Below are positions 24,286 through 32,000 of a DNA stretch of 32,000 nt, piece after piece (within the stretch, counting starts at the first letter, position 1; every line of letters starts with the position of its first letter). Origin of the DNA: an uncultured Mycoplasmatota bacterium (lineage in GTDB: Bacteria; Bacillota_I; Bacilli_A; RF39; UBA660). Under the pieces are notes generated by a model. The model saw only the letters and a list, made by a program, of their open reading frames with translations, was not told where the DNA came from and did not search any database. The position numbers and the translations under genes are program-made. Location of the stretch: contig CAOJBM010000002.1 in NCBI GenBank assembly GCA_948329525.1, forward strand, positions 12,635 through 44,634, given 5' to 3'.

Positions 24286-26279
24286 AGTACAACCTGTTCT
24301 CTTAATTCTTTATTAATACTCTTTATAACACCTTTATAACCATTTAATTTATAATTTGAAGAAGAAGCAATACTTTCGTAATTTAAGGAAGTATTGTTTT
24401 CTTTATTATATCTATCTATATATGTATTAATATCTTCTTTTGTAACTGCATTAAAGCCAATTACTTCATCAACAATTATATCTTCACTTTCTTTAATATT
24501 TTCTGAAAAACCAATAGAGTTTTTCGTTGTTTCATTAAAAATAACAATTGTATTATTAAAACATATTTTCTCACTATTATAATCTAGACATTCTCCATCA
24601 CTAATAATTGTGTTAAATAACTCTTTAACTTTTAAAGATGCCATATTATAATTATTTATTTCTAAGATACTACAAGGCTCATTTTTTACTTCTTGAAAAA
24701 CATATTTAGTTCGATAAGTTCCACCAACTAGTTTTTCTATAGATTCATCGTAACTATAGTCTTCTAAGTTAATTACTATTTTATTTCTTTTTAAAGTTTT
24801 ACTAATTTCTTCAATAATCATCGATTTCCCAACACCACTACCTCCAACAAATTGTAAACTTAAGACTTCATTATCTTTAAATAATTTATATCTTATATTA
24901 GAAATTATTCTACTTATCGCCTCTTTTTGATTAATTACTTTTTCTTGTAATTTATTATTTAAACTTTTAACTAAGTCCTCTTTCGAAGTTAAAATATCAG
25001 CATTAATAATATTAGAAATTACTGCTAAGATATCTTCTCTAGTAATATAAGTTTGTTTATCAACAGAAGCATTTTCTAACTCTTTTAAAGCTCCCTCATA
25101 GTCATCTTTTAAAATATACTCTTTCTTTTTCTCATTTCTTTCGTTATATTTTTTAATATAATTACAATTACTATTTACTTTGGCACATACTAAATCTAAT
25201 ACCTCTAGTGATTTATCAGGATTATATCTATTATGAATATAACGATTCGAATAGTTCATAATATCTTTAATATTTTCATCTGTTATTACTAAATCATGAA
25301 ATACTTCATATTTATTCTTTACTTTCTCTAAAATATCTTTTGTCGCTTCATAATCAGTTTCTTTAATTGTAATTAAATCAAATCTTCGATTTAAAGCTTT
25401 ATCTTTTAAAATAGTATTGTTGTACTCAGTTATCGTCGTAGCACCAATTATTTTTATATCACCTCTTGCTAAATAAGGTTTTAAAATGTCAGCAGCATTT
25501 ATAGCGCCATCAGCACCACCTGCATTAACTAATGTGTGAATTTCATCTATAAAAAGAATTATTTTGTTATTTATTAGAGAATCTATTAAATTATGAAGTT
25601 TTTCTTCAAATTCTCCCCGATATTTTGTTCCAGCAACTAAAGAACCCATTTCAATACTAATGATTTTATAACCAATTAATTTATCAGGCACTTCTTTTTT
25701 CTTAAGCCTTCTTGCTAATTCCGTAACTATGGCTGTTTTACCAACTCCAGCATTACCAATAAGTAATGGATTACATTTATCTTTTTTTAGTAGAGAGCTA
25801 ATAATTGATTCTATTTCTTTTTCTCTGCCAATTAAAATACTATCACTATCAAGTTCTTTACCTAAAGATAGTGACCCAGTAGAGTTTTTAACTAAGTCAT
25901 TATATAGAGCATCTAAATCGACTCCCATATTTAATAAAACTCTAATCGCTATACCATCACTTTCCTCTATTAAAGAAACTATCAAATGTTTAGCACCTAT
26001 CTCTTCGTTTTTATTACTAGCTATATCATTTGCATTTTCAATAATTCTTTTAAAAAGTGGTGTATGTAAAACATAAGGAGTATCTTTCTTACAATTACCA
26101 ACTATTTTTATTAAGTTTTTAGAAAAACTATTATAAGTAATAGTATATTTATTAAGTGTTGCTACTACTTCATCATCACTTGCTAAAATTGAAAGTAATA
26201 AATGCTCACTTCCAACGTAAGGATGTCTTAATTTCTTCATTTCATACTCGGCATTTTTTAATATTTCATTATATTCCAT
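24276..26279 (-). CDS. ClpC-like AAA+ chaperone with an intact Clp_N and D1 but a short, degenerate D2
   Basis: The Clp_N repeat begins ...HPYVGSEHLLLSIL. D1 has Walker A GNAGVGKTAIV, Walker B ILFIDEIH and ALNRRF. D2 has Walker A GGSGVGKS, but the position of the hhhhDE Walker B reads SILEINNYN. At 667 aa it is about 140 aa shorter than typical ClpC. An IGF tripeptide (NSIGFSEN) sits where the ClpP-docking loop is expected. Confidence 0.8.
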   Translation of the reverse strand: MEYNEILKNAEYEMKKLRHPYVGSEHLLLSILASDDEVVATLNKYTITYNSFSKNLIKIVGNCKKDTPYVLHTPLFKRIIENANDIASNKNEEIGAKHLIVSLIEESDGIAIRVLLNMGVDLDALYNDLVKNSTGSLSLGKELDSDSILIGREKEIESIISSLLKKDKCNPLLIGNAGVGKTAIVTELARRLKKKEVPDKLIGYKIISIEMGSLVAGTKYRGEFEEKLHNLIDSLINNKIILFIDEIHTLVNAGGADGAINAADILKPYLARGDIKIIGATTITEYNNTILKDKALNRRFDLITIKETDYEATKDILEKVKNKYEVFHDLVITDENIKDIMNYSNRYIHNRYNPDKSLEVLDLVCAKVNSNCNYIKKYNERNEKKKEYILKDDYEGALKELENASVDKQTYITREDILAVISNIINADILTSKEDLVKSLNNKLQEKVINQKEAISRIISNIRYKLFKDNEVLSLQFVGGSGVGKSMIIEEISKTLKRNKIVINLEDYSYDESIEKLVGGTYRTKYVFQEVKNEPCSILEINNYNMASLKVKELFNTIISDGECLDYNSEKICFNNTIVIFNETTKNSIGFSENIKESEDIIVDEVIGFNAVTKEDINTYIDRYNKENNTSLNYESIASSSNYKLNGYKGVIKSINKELREQVVLAQ

Positions 26280-26284
26280 AAATA

Positions 26285-26317
26285 AAATCTCCTCTATTAA
26301 TATTATGAAGGAGATTT
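26285..26317 (-). promoter_or_regulatory. 5'-UTR hairpin sequestering the SD of the ClpC-like gene
   Basis: The minus-strand RNA reads AAAUCUCCU-(15 nt)-AGGAGAUUU. The 3' arm contains the AGGAG SD, 9 nt before ATG 26279. Confidence 0.4.
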
Positions 26318-26391
26318 AAAATATTTAATCAAACTTATTATAAATTTTTTATTTAACATGATATAATATTTGTTATAGAGGAGGTTTTTGA

Positions 26392-27090
26392 ATGGCTAAA
26401 GAATGTTCAAATGCTAATGATTGTGAAAAATTAGCTAAATATTTAAAGAATAAAATGGGAAATAGTATTGAATTTGAATATAATGTTCAATATAATGTTC
26501 ACGAAAGCATTGTAAACGGAAAATATTTTCATTATCATAGGGAGCTAAATAGTGAGTTAGAACACTTATTTGAAGATGGAATTTATTTCTTTTTCCAATA
26601 TTGCGAAAATGATTTTTTAAGAATTAGTATAAGTGACTCTAATCATCATAAATGTTCTTTAGGTGAACAGCTAGCTGTTTTGAGTGCATTTTATGGTGTA
26701 CTTAGTGAAAAGTTTGGAGAACCTTTAGTGTTTTATACTTTAAAAGATGATGATAAACAAAAAATAAATTTACAGTGGTCATTTATTAATAAAGAAGAAG
26801 ATATTAAAAATTTTAAAAATGGAACTTATTTTGAAGACGGAGAAATAGACAAGTTAATTATCTTCGGAGAACAAAAAGCTATTGGATATCAAATTGGCGA
26901 AACAGCAAGAAAGAATAATTCGAGAGTTATTGGACTTCCTTTTGATTTATTCCCTTTAGTAGAAGAAAATATGGAAGATTATGTTAAATATAAAACAGGC
27001 AAACCAATTGGTATACCTGAATGTGCTAGGATGGACAGTACTCCTGTAGCATTATACGAAAATAAAATAACTTTAGAAAAAACAATTTAA
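26392..27090 (+). CDS. hypothetical protein (232 aa)
   Basis: A strong GAGGAGG SD lies 7 nt before the ATG, with a TGATATAAT extended -10 upstream. No motif recognised. Confidence 0.55.
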   Translation: MAKECSNANDCEKLAKYLKNKMGNSIEFEYNVQYNVHESIVNGKYFHYHRELNSELEHLFEDGIYFFFQYCENDFLRISISDSNHHKCSLGEQLAVLSAFYGVLSEKFGEPLVFYTLKDDDKQKINLQWSFINKEEDIKNFKNGTYFEDGEIDKLIIFGEQKAIGYQIGETARKNNSRVIGLPFDLFPLVEENMEDYVKYKTGKPIGIPECARMDSTPVALYENKITLEKTI

Positions 27091-27091
27091 A

Positions 27092-27583
27092 TTACTTTTT
27101 AACTATTTCTTTTATAACTTGTAGTTCGACACAAGTTTTTTCTTTTTGAAGTTCTTCACATTTGAGTTTTAAATTTGTAAGTACTTGTAATACTTCTTTT
27201 CTTTTTTTCTGTAATTCATCTAAATCACTTTGATAAAAACTTGTATTACCTTTTTTTACATTTACCGATTCTACTCCATTAAAAGAAACATAAGGCGAAT
27301 AAACATCACTTATACAAATTTCAACATCACAATTTGCATCTTTATTGGAAACTACAAATTTATTAGAGCATTTTAATTTACTTTTTCTGTCCATATCTAC
27401 TAAAGAGGTATCAAAGAAAACTTCTCTACTTGTAATAATAGATTTTTTTATTTCTATCTTTTCCGCTTTGATATTTAATAAACCATTTTTCTCATTTGTT
27501 ATTGAACCATACAGAAAATTTTTTCTTTCAAATTCATATACTAAATTATTTGTTTTTTCTTCAATAAATTTTAATACTTCCAT
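27092..27583 (-). CDS. hypothetical protein (163 aa) with a C-terminal coiled-coil segment
   Basis: ORF with a GGAG SD upstream. The C-terminus reads DLDELQKKRKEVLQVLTNLKLKCEELQKEK, which is heptad-like. No family recognised. Confidence 0.5.
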   Translation of the reverse strand: MEVLKFIEEKTNNLVYEFERKNFLYGSITNEKNGLLNIKAEKIEIKKSIITSREVFFDTSLVDMDRKSKLKCSNKFVVSNKDANCDVEICISDVYSPYVSFNGVESVNVKKGNTSFYQSDLDELQKKRKEVLQVLTNLKLKCEELQKEKTCVELQVIKEIVKK

Positions 27584-27620
27584 ATAACAAACTCCTTAAA
27601 TTATTAAATTGTTTATATAT

Positions 27621-27649
27621 TAACATATTTTTTTGAAAAATATGTTAAT
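27621..27649. promoter_or_regulatory. perfect 13-bp-arm palindrome upstream of the 163-aa gene (operator-like)
   Basis: TTAACATATTTTT-TTG-AAAAATATGTTAA, 38-66 nt upstream of ATG 27583. Confidence 0.4.
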
Positions 27650-27658
27650 TTTATCAAT

Positions 27659-27773
27659 TGAGAAAAAATTATTTTCATTTTTGAGAAAAATTTACTTTAC
27701 AATTTGAGAAAGAATCACTTTACTTTTTGGCTGTGTTTTATTTTACTTTTTGGCTAAAACACAAAAAAAGAAA
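27659..27773. repeat. degenerating tandem array of 23-bp units (4-5 copies)
   Basis: Units start at 27659, 27682, 27705, 27728 and 27751. They read TTGAGAAAAAATTATTTTCATTT / TTGAGAAAAATTTACTTTACAAT / TTGAGAAAGAATCACTTTACTTT / TTGGCTGTGTTTTATTTTACTTT / TTGGCTAAAACAC.... They share a TTG head and an A(C/T)TTTAC tail. Confidence 0.6.
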
Positions 27774-27787
27774 GTTTTAATACTTTC
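27763..27787 (-). terminator. rho-independent terminator of the transporter gene
   Basis: The minus strand reads GAAAGT-ATTAAA-ACTTTC followed by TTTTTTT, beginning at the TAG stop. Confidence 0.55.
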
Positions 27788-29184
27788 TACACATAAGCTG
27801 CAATTATTAATAATATTAACACAATGAATATTAAACCTGATAAAAACTTCCACATATTCTTTAGATAATCTTTATAAGATATATCTAAATAACTTAGGCC
27901 AATCATTAAAATTACACTAGTTGGTAATAAAAACTGTACAACTCCAAAAATACTATTAATAACTAATGATATTACGATACCATTTGAGGCATATAAAGCA
28001 GCAAGATAATTAGCTATTGTAAAACTCATAAAGTCCTTATTTGGCATTAACATTGAGCCGACGAATATTACTAAAATAATTTTAAATAAGTTAAAATCAG
28101 ACCCTACTTCAATTAATTTATTTGTAATATATGGTAATATTGGTGACCAATAAGAAATTACAAACAAACAATTAACCATTAAATAGATAAATATTGGCTT
28201 AGCCATTTTCTTAGCACCATATACACAAGATTCTAAAAATTCGTCTAATTTTATTCTTTCTATTAAAGAAATTGCAAATGCTCCAAGCATTATAATCAAA
28301 GAAATTGTATACAAGTCCCATTCTCCGATAGCTTTTAAACTGCCTAATAAATATCCAAATACAGCATGTTCTCCAATTTTAAATGTTGTAATATTCGTGT
28401 GTAAATCAGCAAAGAAACTAACATTAAAACTACTTTTCCAAGGAATATATCCAACTATTGCAAGAATAGAAACAATAGCTAAAACGATTATTATTGGCCA
28501 TGTACTCTCTTTTTTCTTAACCTCTATAAGTTCAAATCTCGGATTAATTACTTCACTTTCTTTTTTAGCTTTGGGTAATATATGAGCAAAGACCATTAAC
28601 AATACAAATGAAATACCTAAAAAGGCAAATTTATAACCTAATCCATCACTTACTTTTAAACCAAAACTAGATTCTGTATAACCAAGTGCTGAAACTCCAT
28701 AAGTAATTCCTAAAGTTCCAACTAATATCGCTCCAAACGTAATACATAACCCTTTAATTTTACTAACATTATTTTTAGCTAAGATACTTAGAATAAAAGG
28801 CACAAATAAAATACATACTAATGGTTCAGCTGTAAATGATGCAAGAACTGCTAAAAACAAACCACAACCTACAGAAAATATCGTTTCTTTTCCTTTAATT
28901 TTTTTAGCTATTTTATAAACTAAGTAGCTATATCTTTTACTTTTTGATAAAACTCCATATAAACAACCTGTTGCTAGTAAAAATGTAACTTGAAGTAACA
29001 TATAATATGCAGAATAAAATAATTCCAAAAAGAAATCAAAAATACTAATACGATATAACCCTACTTCTTGAAATACTGAGCCACTAAAATTACCTGTTGG
29101 AATAATCCAAGTTAAAATAGTTACTACTAGTACAACTAAAAACAAAATCTTAAATAAATCATTCTTTTTAAATAAATTTTTCAT
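27787..29184 (-). CDS. polytopic membrane transporter, YfcC/DcuC-like (putative basic amino acid or C4-dicarboxylate carrier family)
   Basis: At least 10 hydrophobic segments. The N-terminus MKNLFKK...ILFLVVLVVTILTWIIPTG resembles the YfcC-family start (...LT.IIPAG). The family assignment is from memory only. Confidence 0.6.
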   Translation of the reverse strand: MKNLFKKNDLFKILFLVVLVVTILTWIIPTGNFSGSVFQEVGLYRISIFDFFLELFYSAYYMLLQVTFLLATGCLYGVLSKSKRYSYLVYKIAKKIKGKETIFSVGCGLFLAVLASFTAEPLVCILFVPFILSILAKNNVSKIKGLCITFGAILVGTLGITYGVSALGYTESSFGLKVSDGLGYKFAFLGISFVLLMVFAHILPKAKKESEVINPRFELIEVKKKESTWPIIIVLAIVSILAIVGYIPWKSSFNVSFFADLHTNITTFKIGEHAVFGYLLGSLKAIGEWDLYTISLIIMLGAFAISLIERIKLDEFLESCVYGAKKMAKPIFIYLMVNCLFVISYWSPILPYITNKLIEVGSDFNLFKIILVIFVGSMLMPNKDFMSFTIANYLAALYASNGIVISLVINSIFGVVQFLLPTSVILMIGLSYLDISYKDYLKNMWKFLSGLIFIVLILLIIAAYV

Positions 29185-29204
29185 TTTCTTCCTCCTAAAC
29201 TTAA

Positions 29205-30146
29205 TTATATCACAGTTTTATATTGTTTTGTTTTCTTTATTTGTTGACTTTTTTCTTTAAAGAAAGGCATTTCTTCAATTTGTTCAATATTTTCTCCACA
29301 CATTAGGGAAAATATTTCTTCTTTAAAAGGTAATATTTGATTTATTAAACATCGAAAATGATTAAAAGCTTTGATTCCTGATTTATGTTTATAAATTAAT
29401 TCCTCAATAGTTCCTGATATTGTACTTTTATTATTTGTCCACATATGGCCGTTGTACCAACTTCTATCGACCAAATCAATTTTATTAGTTAAAGATGAAA
29501 AACTTTCACCACTAATTTCACAAGTTTTAATTTCTCTTATTCCATTCTTTTGTTTCATCTTTTGAGGGCAATATCTAATTTGATAAGTATAACCCCTTTT
29601 TTCTCTAAAACTATTTTTGTCAAACACTTCGTACAAAATAGTTTCTTCTATATTAAAGTTCTCTGTATTACTCATAAAACTTATAAATAATCTATTTGGA
29701 TTAATTCTAAAACTCATATTCCCATAGTTCTTACTTTTTAAAGTTAAAGATGCATTATCTCCTAAAATTAGTTCAAGAAAATCAATTGTTCCATCTTCTC
29801 TTTTTATATTTAATTCATAACTAAAATTATCTTGTTCTTCTTTTTTTCTTGTTGATTCATAATAAACATTTTTACTATTTATCTTTATAGTGTATCCAAA
29901 ATCTAAAGAAGAATCTTTCTTAATATAATTATCATATAATTTTTTACATTGCATGAATTTCCTATCGTTTTCATCTAAATTTACCCAATGTTTTAAATTT
30001 TCTTCATAAAGATTATCGCATTTAATATATCCAACTTCATTTTCTTCATCATCTAAAATCAAAAAGCGATTATCGCTATTTGGTCCTACTAAATGAAGCC
30101 CTAAAGCTTCTATTAATCTTACTTCTTTTTCCATATTATAATTCAT
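29205..30146 (-). CDS. hypothetical protein (313 aa)
   Basis: I place the start at ATG 30146 (MNYNMEKEV...), 5 nt after an AAGGGGTG SD. The gene ends 20 nt before the transporter gene. No motif recognised. Confidence 0.5.
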   Translation of the reverse strand: MNYNMEKEVRLIEALGLHLVGPNSDNRFLILDDEENEVGYIKCDNLYEENLKHWVNLDENDRKFMQCKKLYDNYIKKDSSLDFGYTIKINSKNVYYESTRKKEEQDNFSYELNIKREDGTIDFLELILGDNASLTLKSKNYGNMSFRINPNRLFISFMSNTENFNIEETILYEVFDKNSFREKRGYTYQIRYCPQKMKQKNGIREIKTCEISGESFSSLTNKIDLVDRSWYNGHMWTNNKSTISGTIEELIYKHKSGIKAFNHFRCLINQILPFKEEIFSLMCGENIEQIEEMPFFKEKSQQIKKTKQYKTVI

Positions 30147-30231
30147 TATAACACCCCTTAATAGAAGGATATTATATAACAAATCTTAAAAAAAGCAAGT
30201 TTTAGCTTAAAAGTACAATTTTCTTAATTTC

Positions 30232-30822
30232 TTACCTTTTTCTTCTTAAACTTAGTTGATTTAATTGTTCATCACTAAAAGCATCTTGAAATTCCATTAT
30301 TCTTGGCTCAAGTATTTCCCAATATTCATATGTTTCTTTCTCAATTTCTACATCATTATACCGAAAATTTAATATAGGATAAAGTTTATATTTTGCATTT
30401 TTTCTTCGCCAATGAAATACACGAATGATATCTCTTCTAATTAACTCAGGGTCACTACTATAAATCGTGTCAGAATCAAAACATTCTTTTAAAAAGTAAG
30501 AGTACTCTTTATCTAAAAAGCCTAGAACAATATTAGAGGCATTAGAATTAAATCTATTAGCACCATACCCATAGAAAATACTATGATTATTCTTTGTTAT
30601 TTCTACACCCGCTTTTCCGTCTCCAACTACCAAATGACAAAGTAATCTGTCATATGGTTCATAAAATTCAAAGTTTCCTTTATCCCATGCTAAGACAGAA
30701 AAAATTGGTTTATAATAAACTCCATTTATTGTCTTTTCATTTTTCAATGTTTCTTCTGTATCAGATAATTTTAAATCTCCTAAACCTAAAATAATTGATT
30801 TATCACTTTTTAAATCTAGCAT
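30232..30822 (-). CDS. hypothetical protein (196 aa)
   Basis: I place the start at ATG 30822 (MLDLKSDK...), 7 nt after a GGGAGG SD. No motif recognised. Confidence 0.5.
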   Translation of the reverse strand: MLDLKSDKSIILGLGDLKLSDTEETLKNEKTINGVYYKPIFSVLAWDKGNFEFYEPYDRLLCHLVVGDGKAGVEITKNNHSIFYGYGANRFNSNASNIVLGFLDKEYSYFLKECFDSDTIYSSDPELIRRDIIRVFHWRRKNAKYKLYPILNFRYNDVEIEKETYEYWEILEPRIMEFQDAFSDEQLNQLSLRRKR

Positions 30823-30902
30823 ACTAAAACCTCCCATTACTTGTTATTATAGCATATTTAAAATTTTTTGGAATTTTTAAGAGTTATACTATTTTAATTT
30901 AA

Positions 30903-30933
30903 AAAACTTATACTTTTTATTCATATAAGTTTT
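30903..30933 (-). terminator. hairpin terminator at the end of lysS
   Basis: The minus strand reads AAAACTTATA-(11 nt)-TATAAGTTTT followed by TTAAATT, overlapping the TAA stop. Confidence 0.45.
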
Positions 30934-32000
30934 AATCTTCTTTTTTTCTTTCTTTCATTGTTGGGAATAACAAAACATCTCTAATTGATTCTTGTTCTAA
31001 GAATAACATACAAAGTCTATCGATACCATAACCGATACCACCTGCTGGAGGCATTCCATATTCTAACGCCTCAATAAAGTCCATATCAATGTCATTAGCC
31101 TCTTCATTTCCTAAGTCTTTTTCTTTTAATTGTTCTTCAAATCTTTCTAGTTGGTCATCAGGGTCATTTAATTCTGTATAAGCATTAGCAAACTCTTTAC
31201 CACCTATGAACAACTCAAATCTATCAACAAATCTTCCATCTTCTTTATTTTTCTTAGTAAGAGGTGATATTTCGACAGGATGTCCAAATAAGAATGTTGG
31301 TTGAATTAATGTCTCTTCAACATATTTTTCAAAGAATAAATTTATTACATGCCCTACTGTATGTTCATGTTCTTGCACTTCAATATTGTGTTCACTTGCC
31401 AATTTTAAGGCTCCATCTACTGTCATTTCTTTTTTAAAGTCAATACCAGTTTGTTCTTTTATTGCATCAACCATACTAATCCTTTTCCAAGGACCTTCTA
31501 AATTAATTTCATTACCACACCAATTATAAGTCATCTTACCTATTACTTCACGAGCAATAGTTGTATACATCTTTTCTGTTAAATCCATCATGCCTTCTAA
31601 ATCACTATAAGCTAAATAAGCTTCCATTAAAGTAAATTCTGGATTGTGTTTTGGATCCATTCCTTCATTTCTAAAAGTTCGTCCTATTTCATAAACGGCT
31701 TCCATTCCACCAACAAGTAATCTTTTTAAAGGTAGTTCTAAAGCTATTCTTAAGTACATATCAATATCTTGAGTATTATGATGAGTTACAAAAGGACGAG
31801 CTGAAGCACCAGTTAATAATGATGTTAAAATTGGAGTTTCAACTTCACAAAAACCTTGATTATCCATAAAATTTTGAATACATCTAATAATTTTTGGTCT
31901 TGTAGTAGCAACTCTCATTGATTCTTCATTCATAATTAAATCAACATATCTTCTTCTATATCTCTCTTCAATATCAGTTAATCCATGAAATTTTTCAGGT
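30932..32000 (-). CDS. lysS: lysine--tRNA ligase (class II), C-terminal catalytic part; the gene continues past the right edge
   Basis: [35 protein letters not shown] (motif 2 region), and [17 protein letters not shown] (motif 3). The frame stays open upstream of the track's Met (…[22 protein letters not shown]…), so the true start is outside the window. Confidence 0.92.
   Translation of the reverse strand, partial: PEKFHGLTDIEERYRRRYVDLIMNEESMRVATTRPKIIRCIQNFMDNQGFCEVETPILTSLLTGASARPFVTHHNTQDIDMYLRIALELPLKRLLVGGMEAVYEIGRTFRNEGMDPKHNPEFTLMEAYLAYSDLEGMMDLTEKMYTTIAREVIGKMTYNWCGNEINLEGPWKRISMVDAIKEQTGIDFKKEMTVDGALKLASEHNIEVQEHEHTVGHVINLFFEKYVEETLIQPTFLFGHPVEISPLTKKNKEDGRFVDRFELFIGGKEFANAYTELNDPDDQLERFEEQLKEKDLGNEEANDIDMDFIEALEYGMPPAGGIGYGIDRLCMLFLEQESIRDVLLFPTMKERKKED

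Noticed and set aside
27659-27773. A CRISPR-like array.
   Set aside because: The units are contiguous 23-mers with no unique spacers. They degenerate along the array and are A/T-rich with no palindromic repeat core. No cas genes are present.
1-32000. A prophage, IS element, integrative element or toxin-immunity island spanning a large part of the window.
   Set aside because: I found no integrase, transposase, recombinase, phage structural genes or tRNA attachment site. The accessory genes are single small islets between syntenic housekeeping genes.

Overview
This is a low-GC, Firmicutes-type chromosomal segment, and gerQ suggests a spore-former. It is mostly housekeeping core, transcribed largely on the minus strand. 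In window order the core genes are uvrA (partial), a small radical-SAM/SPASM gene, ftsE-ftsX-M23 peptidase, a yitT-like gene, gerQ, lemA, ung, rlmH, a yycJ-like MBL gene, an M23/LysM/G5 peptidase, dnaB, rplI, a yugP-like protease, cysS, gltX, a ClpC-like ATPase, a YfcC-like transporter and lysS (partial). I saw no rRNA, tRNA, CRISPR array, transposase or integrase.

Small accessory islets sit between the core genes:
- An XRE regulator lies divergent to two secreted proteins with SipW/TasA-type N-termini. The second protein has a compositionally foreign C-terminal domain.
- A stand-alone AAA+/PD-(D/E)xK ATPase sits next to a decayed aldo-keto reductase gene.
- Several orphan genes lie between the ClpC-like gene and lysS.

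The strongest candidate for an unannotated system is in the 546-bp gene-free gap upstream of rplI. It contains a 26-codon hydrophobic ORF with a strong SD and its own promoter. A convergent antisense promoter and terminator face it. There is also 13-nt 5'/3' fold-back complementarity plus an anti-SD element. Together this is the architecture of a type I toxin-antitoxin locus.

All calls come from reading the sequence and from remembered family motifs. No searches or computations were run.
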